A stretch of 64,000 nucleotides of DNA, taken from Felis catus. Lineage: Eukaryota. The DNA lies in contig NC_058368.1 in the NCBI RefSeq assembly GCF_018350175.1, forward strand, positions 201,254,001 through 201,318,000. The letters are read 5' to 3'. The notes below the pieces were generated by a model. That model was not told the origin of the DNA. It saw nothing but the letters and a program-made list of their open reading frames with translations, and ran no database searches. A program made the translations under genes and the position numbers. Positions 49,669-63,455 of the stretch are shown here, piece after piece; positions within the stretch are counted from its first letter, which is position 1; each line of letters starts with the position of its first letter.

Positions 49669-52419
49669 TAAATTATACAGTTTTAAATGACAGTGTAAGA
49701 ATTTCAGTAGGATGGAAGAAACAACATTTCTTCATTTGTCCAGCATCCATTGGGTGCCTAGAATTTTATAGATTCTCTGATTTGGGGTTGTAAATATGAG
49801 TGCAATGGGTCTATAATACTTCCATGCTCTCCTCAAACTCCTCCAGTGCAAAATCTTAGCCTTCCTTTAGAGTCATGTCAAGTGCTACTTTCTCTGTGAG
49901 ATCTTTTTAATCCCACATAATAAAGATTGCTTTATTAAAATAGTCTGTTTCTTTTTGAATTATAAAGAAGCATTTTTATGTTTATTCCTTAAATACCTCT
50001 TGTGAGCCATACCAAGTGTGTAGGACAATGTTTGGCACAATTCGTTGAGTAATGAAGGAATTCATGATAAAAGGAATGTTAGAATGTGGGTCACACTGAA
50101 GAAATGGAATCTCCTTATACTCACTATGTAGAACTAACCACAATGGATAAACTACATGCTTAAATTTTATATGATTAACTTCAATACAAGTGCTGTAATT
50201 AGCAAATATATATGATACCATATGAGGTATGAATAAGTAATTTTGACTAGAGTAAAGAGGGAGGTTTAGGATGTTTCAGAAGTTCTGTTCTGAGAACCTT
50301 TAGAAAATGCTGCCCATACAGCTGAGATGTTTAATATAACCCCAGCATTTTCTTTCTGAGGGAAATGAATATAAATTCTGTTAACATTTCAACTATGACT
50401 TTTAGGGTTAATAACACAGAAAAATCTGCAGCTTAAAGAATACTTCAAATATCACTTTTCTTTTTGCCAATATCACTTTATGCTTCCATATTTTGAAATT
50501 TTTCATTTGCATTTAAAGGACTGTGACCTTCATTGCACCCTAGATGAAGACTATGCTGACTTACAGGATAGACCATTCTGGAGCACAATTTCACACTCAT
50601 ACTGAGCTCTAAGCACCACAACTTTACCTGACCTAAAGGAGACGGAGACAGTATTTTTATGTAACTGATTGTGGGCACCAGTTTTCAATTGTCCCTTTTA
50701 AATCATAGAGCATTTCTTGGGATTACTTGTGGAAGGCGAGAGTCTCTTTCTAAAATAGCTGTTCTGCTGGGCCAGCCACTTGAATTCAAAATTTTACTCA
50801 TTCTCCTTCTCATTTTAAGGAGGGGAAGCCTAGAATGCTCACTCTTCCTTCAGGTACCTCTTCTCCATAGCACCCCAGCATGGGTATTGGAGCCACTGTG
50901 AAGGCATTTCTGCTCTTTCCTTCTGGCTGGCCATTCTTGACCTTCAGGTAGGGTTGGATGAATGTCTTTTTCCTTGGCTTGCCCTCCCCATCTGCCAGGA
51001 ACAGTTTCCACTTACTACAGAAGTAAAATTTAGTCTGTCATACACCTCCATTTGCTAGACTCAGTTTCTTGGCACGAATATCCTAGCCACCAAAATGGCC
51101 ACTGCTGCCACTTATAAGAGGAAGGGAATCATCAACCGTCTCCCCCTCAGATTTCTACTTTTCTATCTGCTTCTGTTGCTGTCAGAATACACACATCATA
51201 CACATGCCCCAGAAGGTGCGGGTGATTATCTGATGTCAGGCACAAAAACTCACGAAGCCAGGATAGATGAAGAGATGATGACACGTGAGGAGGGATGTTT
51301 TGGGGGGGGGGGAATTGCAGTGACTGGTAGCTTTCCTACTAGGAGATTGTCAGCTTTTCTAGATACTAAGCAGGTTGGAGTCTTTTGAATCCTCTAAACT
51401 CTTCTGAGGTTTTGAGCTCTAGTTAAGTTTCTGCTATTTGAATCTGTTTAATGCTTCCATTAAACGAAAGAGCAGTCATTTTGGCTTTATGCTTATATAC
51501 TATTTTACGGTCACTCTTTTCCCCATTGTTTTCCTTAGGCTGATGTTAAAATAAATTTTAATTTATTTTAATTGGTGAGAGTGGATGGGGGAACAAACAT
51601 AGGGATGGGAAAATAATGGCCCAGAATATGAACAGGTGACAGGGAAAAGCCACACTGAAATCGAAAAGAGGATAAGATAATCCACAAGGATAAATAAGAA
51701 AGACAGAATAAGAGAAAATTTTGTTTTTGAGAGCATTTCAGTGTTTCAGGAAAATATTAACATCTTATTGGTATAGAATTTAAAAGGACTCGGCATGATT
51801 ATCTCATTTGACATTCAGGATAATGCTGTAAATCAGTCATTATCCTCATTTAAAAATGAATAGAAATCAAAGATAAGAGAGACTAAATGAATCAACATAA
51901 TTCACAGGGCTAAACATATCCAAGGACAATGATTCAAACTCAAGTCATATGACTTGAAGAGCATGCTTAAACCACTACAACCTCAAGATGAAGTAAGAAC
52001 CACGTGATCATATCACAATCTTAGAATTGGAGTTGAAGAATGCATTCTGGCTTCCTAATAACTTGCAGTAGTACCTTAGATTTCAAGGCCGCATACCATC
52101 TCCTCCTAGATGCTATGTAAATATGTCAAGTAAGCATTGCTAGGTGATTAACATGCCCCAATCCTCCTACATGGAAAAGTCCTCCAGGTCTAGGTTTTGA
52201 ATACTCTATGTTGTCTTGGCTTCTTTTCCAACAGCCATAATTATGTTCTAACCAACCCCTTATAGAAGGGGAAGTCTTGGCAAAGATGAAGGATTGGTGG
52301 TGGGAGTAGTTAAATATGAGTACTATTTATCTGATTTCTGATGAACTATTTGTTCATGTGAACATGTTCATCATGTGAAGTTGAGAGGATCACGTTGTTC
52401 AAAAATACATCATGATAGT

Positions 52420-53390
52420 CTAGAATCTGAGTTGGGAGAAACCTTAGAGGTTATGAAAGAATACAGGTTAGAAACATTGCTTCCTCCAAAGGTACCCATT
52501 TTTAAAAGTTTTATTATTGGAAGTAACTTTCCTATACTGAGTTAGAACTCTACACTCTATATAACCCAAATGTTCCAGTTTGGCCCTGGAGGACTACATA
52601 CTCTGTTGAGAAGTCTTCAGATGCTTGAAGATTATTATCGTTCACTGTCTCTCATAAGGATTGTCTTCTTCAAGGAAAATATTCATAGCTCTTTGACTCA
52701 TTCCATAGATGAAATAATTATGTGTATGTATATACATGATCCATATTAAACTCTCCTTCAAATGTGGCACTTATCTGAATGAGAACGATGCAGATGTGTT
52801 CAATTTGAAGACACCTTCAGCAAAATCATTGCTTGTTTTTTTGTTTTTTCATAAATAGATTTAGCTCATAGAGCAGATGTGTCTCGATACGAATATTTAT
52901 TACATTACACTTATGAGAACTCTTGCATTCTGAGTACATGGACTCTAAATCATTCTATACTTGTACAACTGTTTTGAGCTGTGAGTCACTTTTCATTTAA
53001 CATGTATTGATTCCTATCTTGTTAATTCCAGCTCATTATTTCAGTCTGCCCAGATTTCATGGAACTTGGATTCCAATCATTTTATAATCTAACTTTCCCA
53101 ACTGCATTTATGCCATCTTCAAAACTGATGAGAATATATTCTCTATCTTTGTTTATTCTGGTATGTGAGGTTGTATCCAAGTGAAGCTCTTTTGGGCTTA
53201 CCTCAAGAAATAACCTTATCAGGTTGCAATCAATACAGGAATAAAACCTCTTTGGGCAATAGTTTAACCAACATAAAATCTTCCTAATGGTACTGTCTTC
53301 TGGATAGCATCCCCCATCCATTTTGCAAAATCGTGTAAAATAATGTGGCAGTACCTATATTTACCTAACGCTACCCACTCTCCTTTTATT
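52420..53390 (-). mobile_element. Ancient CR1/L3 LINE remnant
   Basis: agaatctgagttgggagaaaccttagaggt and tcttcttcaaggaaaatattcatagctcttt resemble L3 3' reverse-strand motifs; highly diverged. Confidence 0.55.
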
Positions 53391-55370
53391 TGATAATGTA
53401 GCGGTCACATTCTTTAAAGCATGGCAGGTCTGTCTAAGAATATGTTTTCTTGGCTACAGAGTGTATTTCCTGGCCTCCTTTGTAGTTCGTGTGGCCATTT
53501 GACTATGTTTCAGTCAGTGGAATGGGTGTAAAAGCAATCTGTATTTTTCCCTTTTCTTTCTACTTACTGGGAGATAGCAACTAATGGAAAAGTTGACTTA
53601 TATCTGATGGATGCCACATGTCAGTGATGGCAGTGCTTTCATATCAGTCCTGCATTATCTATCTGTATATTTTGACTCCTTATGTTGATTCTGCTCCTCT
53701 GTACCCTCCTCTCTATTTTAAGAAAGATGGCCATTTCAGATTTCCCTTTTCAGTGACCTACAAAACCTTCTCCTGATGAATATTAAAGGAAAGTTATTGC
53801 CCGAGGTGGTTGGAAGTATTTCAGTGCACCTTTGACAATGTTAGGGAAATAGAATTCACAACTGTGCAACTGGAATTAAAAAGCAGGCAACGCTCTTCCA
53901 TACCAGTAGTGACATGTAATGTATTAGCATCTAAAATTCTCCCACATCAACACATCATTTTGCAAGAATGTGGGTGCATGGTTGAACTATAAGCAAAATA
54001 AATTTTACCTGATATATATGATGCTTACATTCCTCCCCCACCCCAATCCTGGCTTGCTCTCTCTCTTCTGAAAGCATCTGTTATTGAAATAGCTTGCCAA
54101 AAATGTCACTGCCAGATTTTGCTGGACATGGGCTCTGATCATTTCCAAATGACAGAAAATCAGCTGTGGGATTTATGCTCTAAGTAATCATTAACCATGG
54201 GCCTTGCATTGACTGGGTGGAAAATATAATGTTCTTAATCTGCCTGATCTGCAAGGTCAAGCTGTGCCACATGCTGCCTGTTCCCAAGGATTCAATATCA
54301 GCTACAATGACTGCAACAATAAGACAGATTTGCCATGAAAGATAACACATTCCTTTCCAGGTGGTTAGAAGTCAAGCACCCATGTGGACATTCTCCATGT
54401 TAGATAGAAGGCATCACAAGTACTTTCTGCATATACATGGAAACTATGAGGGAAGATTCAAGAATTACCTTTATGAAATAAAGGTATTTATAAAATAAGA
54501 AAGATGAGTGTGTTGACATTAGTCAGAAGTCACAATTTGCTTTATTTTATTTGTTTTCTAATTGAACATCTACTTTCAGGATATATTTATATGTTCTCAC
54601 TAGGTGAAAATATTTCCTAGATTTTCCTCAACATATTCCCCAAGTACTTATTACATTAATGTAATCCAAAACCTGAAATTTATCGAAAATTCTTATTTTA
54701 AGAGCTATTGCCTGCAAAATATCCAAGTGTGTGATTATTTTGTTAAAATTCAGATAATATCCATTAAAGATTTAATGAATTAGGACATCTGATTTCTCAT
54801 CAGCATGTGAGGGAGGTTAGAAGTGGCCACTCCATCCTAACAACAAGCAAAAAGCTGAAAAATCAAAACTCAGAAACTGAAAAATCAAAAAATCTTTTTA
54901 GATCCATCAGAGAGGGAGTTCACACAGTCAACTGCTGCCACCACATTGGAGAAGCATGGACAGACAAATACAGGGTGTCCCAAGTGACCTGAGCAAGGAC
55001 TCACCAGGGAAAAACCTCCACTGGACTGGAGGCTCAGTGTGGACAAGTCTGAGAGTTAAAAACTCCAGTGGGACCCGGTCATAAGCACCCCCACCCTACC
55101 CCTTTAGTGAGTCTCAATCCAGGGCTGTACCCCGACCTTACATTGAATAGCAGAGAAAAACAATCCCCTCATACTTCCCACAGGGGGAAGAGGAAAGGAA
55201 CCACTCTGAAATAAGCCAGAGCATTCAGTTCTTAATGAGGCCCGCTTTCAGGAGAAATTATTTTGCCAAAGCTTAATCTGCTGGGGTTTTTATCAGAACC
55301 TAGTTTAACTGGGGAAAAGAAAATAACTCCAGCCCCCTCTAGTCATATTATCCCACCTAAGGGGAAGACC

Positions 55371-55373
<3 letters not shown>

Positions 55374-55411
<38 letters not shown>

Positions 55412-55412
55412 A
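55374..55412. repeat. (TAAA)n repeat
   Basis: Direct read. Confidence 0.95.
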
Positions 55413-55645
55413 CAAACCAAGAAGCAGTGGCCAAGTTCCTGGTCCAGGGGCACAGGCTCACCACAATGAGACGTGATCCTAGAGCCAAAGAGTGCTTGTC
55501 TTCCCTCCACATCTTACTGCTGTGTTACTACAGGCCTATTTACTACACAGTTCCTTTTACCCAGTACATTATGTCCACCTTTCAACAAAAAGTTACAACT
55601 TATCACAAATTACAAAAACTCATTTGAAGACGCTGACCAAACATC

Positions 55646-55855
55646 TTTTTTAAAGTTTATTTATTTATTTTGAGAGAGAGAGAGAAAGAGAGAGAGAGAG
55701 GAAAGGGCAGAGAGAGGAGGGAGAGAATTGCAAGCAGGTTCCACACTGTCAATGCAGAGCCCAACGCAAGGCTTGAACTCATGAACTGTGAGATTGTAAC
55801 CCGAGTCGCTGACAGGAGTCATACTCTTAACCAAGTGAGCCACCTAGGCGCCCCC
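55646..55855 (-). mobile_element. CanSINE nested in the old L1
   Basis: SINE body ending gagccacctaggcgcccc. Confidence 0.94.
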
Positions 55856-57544
55856 ACATGATTTTTTTTTAGCTGTGATTAATAGGGTAAGAACGTTAAG
55901 AAAAAACTAGACAACATGCAAGAACAGATTGGATAATGTAAGCAAAGAGATGGAAATTTGAAGAATCAAAAAGAAATGTTAAAATTTTTAAAAACATAAT
56001 AAGAAATGAAGCATACCTTTGAGAAGTTCATTAGCAGACTGGACAAGGCTGAAGAAAGAATCTGAATCTCTGAGCTTGAGGATATAACAACAGAAGCTTA
56101 CAAATCTAATAATCAAAGGGGAAAAAAAGACTGAGAAAAAGGGACAGGATATTCAAGAACTGTGAGATAACTCCTCCCCCACCCCCCAAAAAGGCATAAT
56201 GTGTAATGAAAACACCAGGAGAAAAAAAGAGCAAAAGAATAGAAGTAATATTTGAAGCCAGAATGATTGAAAATTTCCCCAAATTAATGCCAGACACAAC
56301 CACAGATCCAGGAAGCTCAGAGAATACCAAGTAGGATAAATCCCAAAAATAAACTACACCAAGGCATATTATCTTCAAATTTCATAAAATAAGGCGAAAA
56401 AAATCTTGAAAGAGGAAAAAAATATCTTACCTGTAGAGGCACAAAGATAAGAATTACATCCAAAGACACAATGCAAACAAGAAGGGAATAGAGTGGAATA
56501 TTTAAAATGCTTGCGGGGGGGGGGGGGGCACCAACACACAACTCTGTACCCATGAAATTATCCCTCAAAAATGAAGAGAAATATTTTCTCAAGCAATCAA
56601 AAATTGAGGAAATTTGTTGCTGGTAGATCTACCTTATATATGAGAAATGGTACAAGAAGCTCTTTAGGGAGAAGGAAAATAATATGAGTGAGAAACTCAG
56701 GTACACAAAAAGGAGGGAAGGGCACCAGAGAAGAAATAAATTAAGGTAAAACAAAAACTTTTATTTTTCCTGTTTTTAATGGATCTAACAGGTAACAGTT
56801 TCTTCAAAATAATAAAATGCATTTAATTGCATATATATATATGTGTGTGTGTGCTTATATATATGCATAAGGATATATAAGGATGCATAAGGTTTTATAA
56901 GCATGTATATATGTTTTTGTATGCTTAATGTACAAGTGAAATGAAGGACACCTGTGATACAGGGATAAGAGGGAAAAATTGGAAATATTTTGTTATTATA
57001 AGATGCTTGCACCACCCATGAAGTTGTATAATGCTATTTGAAAGTGAACTTGGAAGAGTTGTAAATGTATGTTGCAAACTCTAGAACAACTGAAAAATAT
57101 TTCAAAAGAAATATAACTGATATGCTAAGAAAGGAGAGAAAATGGAATTATACAAAATGCTCAGCTAAAAACTACAAGAGGCAGAAAAAGTGTGGAAGAC
57201 AAAAATAGGAAAAATAAAACAAAGGTAAGTAAAAAAAAAACAGCAATGATTAATATGATAGATATTAACCCGACGACATCAAGAATCACTTTAAATGTCA
57301 GTGGTCTAAATATACCAACTAAAAGAAAGAGATGTAAGTGAAAACATGTAGATGCTGTTATTGCCAAATGTCAATGGAAGGAAAAGACCTACAAGAAGAC
57401 CAGAAACAAACACCTCTTGGGTATATCAAATAAGTTTACTTGTCTGGAAGTCTAGAAAGAAATCATCACAATTAGTGTACATGATAGATCATCAACAACC
57501 TCACCGAAAGGTAGAAATTTAGGGATGATAACTTCTACTGTGGA

Positions 57545-57992
57545 TTAGAGATGAAGTCTAATTCCTCTCCCTTCGAATGTGAGCTAATTTTAATGACTTT
57601 TTAAATTACCAACACAATATTCAGGGACTTCCAAGGCAAGGTCATTAGAAGCCTTGCACCTCCTGACAAAGCCTCCTGGAACACTCATTCTTTGAGCTCA
57701 GCTTCCACTGATCTGAGGAAAACCCCCAGCCTACAGCTCTGGCTGAGTTCCCAGCTGACAGCCAGCTGCAACTTGCCAGCTATGTGCATGAGCTGTTTTA
57801 GAAATGGATCTTCCAGTCCCAGCCCAGCCCAGCCCAGCCCAGCCCATTTCAACTGATGCTCCCAGAGAAGAGATGAGCCACCCTGCCAAGTCCTGCCCTA
57901 ATGGTAGATTCATGAGAAAAATAAACGATTGTTGTTACTTTAAGCCATAAAGTTTTGGAATGGTTTGTTATGCAGCAATAAGTAACTGGAAT
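57545..57992 (+). mobile_element. MaLR LTR (MLT1G/H-like) containing a (CCCAG)n expansion
   Basis: cccagctgacagccagc, agattcatgagaaaaataaacgattgttg, ttaagcca...gtttgttatgcagcaata. Confidence 0.9.
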
Positions 57993-58959
57993 GACTTCTC
58001 AGTGAGGTCTCCTATGAATATAACCTTCTACTTCCATGCTGATGCGTGTACACATAAAGCTGGAGTCATCCAGTACACGTTCTGGCCAAGGCAAATGCTG
58101 CAGATACTCTGACCTGGGCCAGGTTCACCTAGTCGACTTCAGAGTTTTCCAAGGACAGTGAGACACAGCCTGCAGAATTAGAACAGGTGTCGACTGTTAG
58201 GTAAGCTGGGCTTATTCCACAGGACCAGTCATAAATTCCCATTGATATGTATAAATTGGGGTATCTTCAGGTAAAGCAGAGTTGTGCCTTCGTTGCAAGT
58301 CAAAGATGTGCCTTCGTTGAAGCTAAGCCATAAAGCCTCATTTGCTGTGATCTTCAGGTCTGGCCCCTCACTTTCAGTCATCACGTTGGGCTCTACCAAA
58401 CTCACTTTAAGTACTGAGGACTTGATGATCTGCATTTTATCCATGAGCCAGTCTTTCAGGGAGCGGGAGAGGGAACCAAGAAATAGTACAGAGATGCAGC
58501 AATGAAAAGCATGTTTTAGCACCAAACTATCACATCTTTTTCCTCGGACATTATCTTACCGTGACACAAATACGCTCACGTATTCAACATCAGCTCTTCA
58601 GACTAGCGGTTCTAAACACCAATTTTCAAGAGAAGTGATTGTGCAAAGCTGCATAAAACCCAAGCTATGTAAAGGACTTGTAAACTTTTCTGCAGCCCCA
58701 GTAAACATATTTAGCCAAATCAGTTGCTTTTCTATGACTAGCATCTGTTCCATTAAAGAAGTAAGGTTTGTCAATGTGGACTTCCTTGATCAAGAAGAGG
58801 ATCCAGATTTTCCAGTTAGATTCTCACCTCGACTATCACTGCCACTTCATCAATAAGTTGAGATTTAACATTTGGGAACTCTTCTCTGACCTGAAGATCT
58901 AGGGAGGGAAAAGGAGCTAAACTACTCCAAACTAGAAATGGTGGACAAAATTAACATAC

Positions 58960-59160
58960 TACTCATTATAAGCCAGAAATTCTTTTAAATATGTTACATG
59001 ATTAACTCAACATGCTGTTAGGTTAGGTTCTATTATTATCCCCACTTCATAGATGAGGAAATCGAGGCAGAGAGGTACTAATGAAATTGCTGTCACATGG
59101 ATATCAATTACAGGAACTGATACAGGAACTGAGGCAGATTCTATGCTCTTAACCTCTACT
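58960..59160 (-). mobile_element. MIR SINE remnant
   Basis: tattattatccccacttcatagatgaggaaatcgaggcagagagg...tgctcttaacc. Confidence 0.85.
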
Positions 59161-60181
59161 CTTAGGATCTATTGAAAGATGAACATGTGTCTGTGGCTCT
59201 GGGAAGCTTGTGTCAATTTCTGCATGTGTGTGCTGAATGTGAAAGAGACAAAGAAAGAGAGAGAAGGATGGGGCGTTTTCTGTAGTTATTGAAAAAGAAA
59301 GGGAAACATAAAGATAGTATACTTGTGGATTGTGGGCTGCACGCCTAAGCCTAAGATCTCAAGCATTTTCTGGATAAGATAAAATCGTATAAACTATATG
59401 TGTTGCTTCCTGGGAAGAAGACAGAGAAACATTATTATCATCAAACAATGTTTTCTCAAGGACTTACTACATGCTAGGTACTGTAGGTGTAAGGCAATTT
59501 GCAAGTGCCTAATCCAAAGTGTCTTACAAACTCAAAAGAAAGCAAACCACAACCTGAATTCCAAAGCCATTCAAAGTCTGCTAAGTGCCAAGGGCAAGGT
59601 AAAATTTAGGTTCTGTAAGGCTGCAGCAATTTAGGAAAGCTTTGTAGGGAGGGGGGTCAGGTAGAGGTAACAAAGCCAAGAAATCATTTGGGGATGTTAA
59701 TCCATCAAGGCCTGTGCAGGGTGGCCTCTTTTCAGTCTGGCCCTGCTAAAACAAAGCCCGGAGAAGCTAGCACCTTGGAAGCAGCCAGCACCAAGGAGAG
59801 TGCCAGACAGGCTAGCCATCCAAATGAGAGTTCCTCAACCCCTTGGCGTCTTGGCATGGTCCCATAAACAACAGTTGACTATTGCCAGGAAAAAGCTCAG
59901 GAAACCCCACCAGACCCCTGGGAAGATTAAGTGGCTTCTTTCCAAGAAAGCTCAGAATGTAGTTCTTATTTCACCCCTACATGAGAAACATGAATTCTCC
60001 CAGACAGTAATGGTCTCTTGCCTTTTTTAATCTGCTTGTTTGCAAGCGAAAACTGATAATGAAAAAGCAGTTGTCTTGAACCTTTCTATAAATGTAAAGG
60101 AATGGAAATATTAGTTTTATGTAAAATTCCTGTTGATTATAGCATATCCATTAGCAGAAGGATTATGGCTTGCTCAATCTT

Positions 60182-60398
60182 TTTTTAAAATTTTTTTTAA
60201 TGTTTTATTCATTTTTGAGACAAAGACAGAGTGTGAGCAAGGGAGGGACAGAGAGAGAGCAAGACACAGAATCCGAAGCAAGCTCCAGGCTCTGAGCTGT
60301 CAGCACAGAGCCTGATGTGGGGCTCGAACTCACAAACCATGAGATCATGACCTGAGCCGCAGTCGGACGCTCGGCCGACTGAGCCACCCAGGCGCCCC
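60182..60398 (-). mobile_element. CanSINE (SINEC_Fc-like) with 17-bp TSD
   Basis: TSD a(t/c)ggcttgctcaatctt at 60165-60181 and 60399-60415; the one difference is consistent with CpG decay. Confidence 0.97.
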
Positions 60399-60606
60399 AC
60401 GGCTTGCTCAATCTTAATGCTTTTTGGTATAACTCACTTTTTAAAAAATTCCTTTCCCATAATACTATTGAAAAACATAAGATAAAAGTATAAAATAAAA
60501 GTACAAGAAAAAGTGCAAAATAAGATACATATTTGTAAAACTGGTGCTGAAATAAGACAATTTCAAAAAGATGAATTAAAGAAGAGAAGAAACCTGAATA
60601 TAACTA

Positions 60607-60608
<2 letters not shown>

Positions 60609-60648
<40 letters not shown>
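60609..60648. repeat. (CA)n microsatellite
   Basis: Direct read. Confidence 0.98.
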
Positions 60649-60650
<2 letters not shown>

Positions 60651-61654
60651 GGCATCTTGATCATCACATACCCAAGCAAAACCGTATAAATTATTTTAAA
60701 ATATTTTTTCTCTATTTGTGGCTTTTCTCATAAACACATAGTAGATAAAGTGAGAACAAAAGTCATAAGGTGAGTTCAGCGATTTTAGTGAGAATTCAGC
60801 TACCATCTCAAAAACGCAGTAACAGGGTGGGAATAATGAAAAGTAGGTAAAGGAAGGAAATAGCAGAGGTGAATATTTGATCAGCTAACATTATCTCAAT
60901 CTTGATTGCTGGAACTCCCTCATCTCTCGTAGCAGCTTTGTCAACCCAAGCTTATAAACTGCATATAAATGTCATTTGATTTTCGCTAATGGAAGGGGAT
61001 GCTGTATACTGACGTAGTACAGTACTTTTCCCCACTAGTCAATAAATTGGTGATTTTTAAAAAGGATCATATACTGTTCAATTCTCTCATTTGTGGAAAA
61101 TGAGACATAGTTCATTGATACAGTGGTACTATGGTGAGCGACAAAACCGAGGTAATTTAACTGCCATTTGGACACTCAGCGACTGATTTTTCCAATGCCT
61201 AGGAGAGAAAGTTTGCATATCAACCTAAACTCTGGAAATGCACTAAGAACTAAGAAAAGACATAAAATTAGGTTTATGAATCACTCTTTAATCCTAAGAT
61301 GTTCTTGAACACTTTCTCCTTTATTAATGTGTGTGTTCGGAGTATAGCAGGTGGGTAGGAAAACAGCACCTGTTAAAACACTTAGTTGCAAATAAAAACA
61401 CTTAGTTGCTTACATGCACCAAATTTATACAAGAACAATAATTGTTCCTTCAGATTGATAAACTATAGCTGGGTTTTTGAAAGGGTGCAAAATCTGGCTG
61501 AAAGGGTGCAAAAGCTGGGTTTTTGAAAGGGTGCAAAAGAGGACAAGGTTCTCTCTCTTTCTCTCTGATATATAATTAAAGACTTTAGTGAAAATGCTAG
61601 AAAGTTTTGAATTAAAGATTTTTGAAAAATTAATTCATCAAATTACATTTTTTC

Positions 61655-61867
61655 TGTTCTTTTTTTTAATGTTCATTTTTGAGAGAGAGAGAGAGACAGA
61701 GCACGAGCAGGGGAGGGGCAGAGAGAGAGGCAGACACAGAACTCGAAGCAGCTCCAGGCTCTGTGCTGACAGCACAGAGCCCAACACGGGGCTCAAATTC
61801 ACAAACTGCGAGATCATGACCTGAGCTCAAGTTGGACGCTTAACTGACTGAGCCACCCAGATGCCCC
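61655..61867 (-). mobile_element. CanSINE (SINEC_Fc-like)
   Basis: Full body; aaattacattttttct on both flanks. Confidence 0.96.
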
Positions 61868-62122
61868 AAATTACATTTTTTCTTAGCACTATTCATCCAT
61901 ATCATGGATCAAATTAATTGTATCCTAATTACTAAGTAAGTCTCTTAAGTCTTGACCTTGGAATTGTCTATATCTTTTGTTCTTGTCAGTAGTTCTTTGT
62001 TTATTCTTCAATAAAATTTGACTATTCATTCAAGGCCAAGTGATATAGAAAGACAAAATATGTTATACCTTCCTATATATTCTTTGCTTGATACTGTAAT
62101 TAATAAAAACTAGGTCAGAGAT

Positions 62123-62330
62123 GGGGCATCTGGGTGGCTCAGTCAGTTGAGCATCCTACTCTTGATTTCAGCTCAGGTCATGATCCCAGTGTCGTGGTAT
62201 TGAGCCCCGCATTCGTGCTGAGTGTGGAGTATTCTTAAGATTCTCTCTCTCCCTCTCTCTCTCTCTCTCTGTCCCCCCTCCTCCTCGTCCTCCTCTCCCC
62301 CACTCCCTCTTTCTCTTTAAAGAAAAAAAA
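62123..62330 (+). mobile_element. CanSINE
   Basis: ggggcatctgggtggctcagtcagttgagc head; flanks aaaaactaggtcagaga / aaaaactgtatcagaga. Confidence 0.94.
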
Positions 62331-63344
62331 ACTGTATCAGAGAAACTGGGTGGTATACTAGAGGCAGATTCATGGTATTTACATAGTTGTCACTCAAAAT
62401 ATCTTCAACATTTACTTCACCTTTGTTTCCTTTTTATTAAACAGCCATTATTATTTTTAAGTAGTGGGTGAATAAGTCTTGGGTTTGGGGTTGGAACTAA
62501 ATTCTGTATTTTGGCTCAGCCTCTTTGTTGACATTTTGCTTTCAAAAATTGGGGTTCATTTTAGAGAAGCCATTTTATGTTTCTCATTCTGTTTTCAGTT
62601 CTGTAATGTCAGGATAATAATGCTGACTTACTTGTTTTGTAAGGTAGAGGCAAAGAGATTACCCTTTACTTACAAGTATCTCTGAATTTCAAGTAATTTT
62701 CTTGGAAAATTGACAACTATTATTGATATATATACCATAAAATATATTACTGATAATATATATTATATAGTAACATATAACATATCCCATAGTATAAATT
62801 ATTAATATATATCATAATTGCCAACTGATGTGTATTGGGTGATAAATTCTATACTGTAAGATTAGAAAGAGATACATTGAAAACTTATTGGAGAGAGAAG
62901 GTATACACAAAAAGATATACTTAGTACATATTGGATAGACGGAGAATCAAATAATACAAAAGCAATAATTAATATGGGATTTCAAAGGGGAGGACCATTA
63001 CCCACTCCAGTGCATTCTGGAAAATTCTTATGGGAATGGTGGGAGGCAAAATGAGCCTTGAAATAAGAGTAGGAAGGACCTGGAAAAATAAAGAGAATAA
63101 AGGACATTTTTGACAAGCAAAGAAGTAGAAAGAGTCAGGAATTTGTAGATTTTCAATGTGTATAATGAACTACAAGGACATCAATTTGGCTAGACTTTAG
63201 ATCATTTATATGTGGTATTATTAGAAAATAAAGTTAAAAGTAGTACATATTGTCAAGAATATAGAGAATCTTGAATGCTGGGGTAATCACTTACTAAATA
63301 GTCATAACAGGAATTGCAGGCTTTCTAAATAACTATGCTGTGAA

Positions 63345-63455
63345 TAATTAACTCAATCATCTGCAAAGACCTATTTCCAAATAAGATCACATTCATAGGT
63401 ACTGGAAGTTGAGACCTCAACATCCTTAGTGGGGACATGGTTCAATCCACTATAG
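63345..63455 (-). mobile_element. MaLR LTR fragment (MLT1 5' end)
   Basis: atctgcaaagacctatttccaaataagatcacattcataggtactgg...ggggacatggttcaatccactata. Confidence 0.85.

Larger units (their letters stand above)
54790..57335 (+). mobile_element. Old L1 (L1MC-like) 5' portion: 5' UTR, decayed ORF1, spacer and start of ORF2
   Basis: A-rich ORF1-like sequence (gacaacatgcaagaacagat, agcagactggacaaggctgaagaaagaat, ctcagagaataccaag) and ORF2 start reading ITLNVSGLNIPTKRKR near 57285. Confidence 0.88.

Noticed and set aside
58229..58856. Cluster of ORFs considered as a processed pseudogene
   Set aside because: No recognisable protein, no continuous frame, and no poly(A) or TSD seen.
61467..61538. 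26-bp direct repeats with a spacer, considered as a CRISPR-like array
   Set aside because: Only two full copies, the spacer is itself derived from the repeat, there are no cas genes, and the context is mammalian.
7016..62330. SINE strand bias (about 15 minus versus 7 plus) as evidence of an enclosing transcription unit
   Set aside because: The sample is too small to distinguish from chance, and L1/LTR orientations are mixed.
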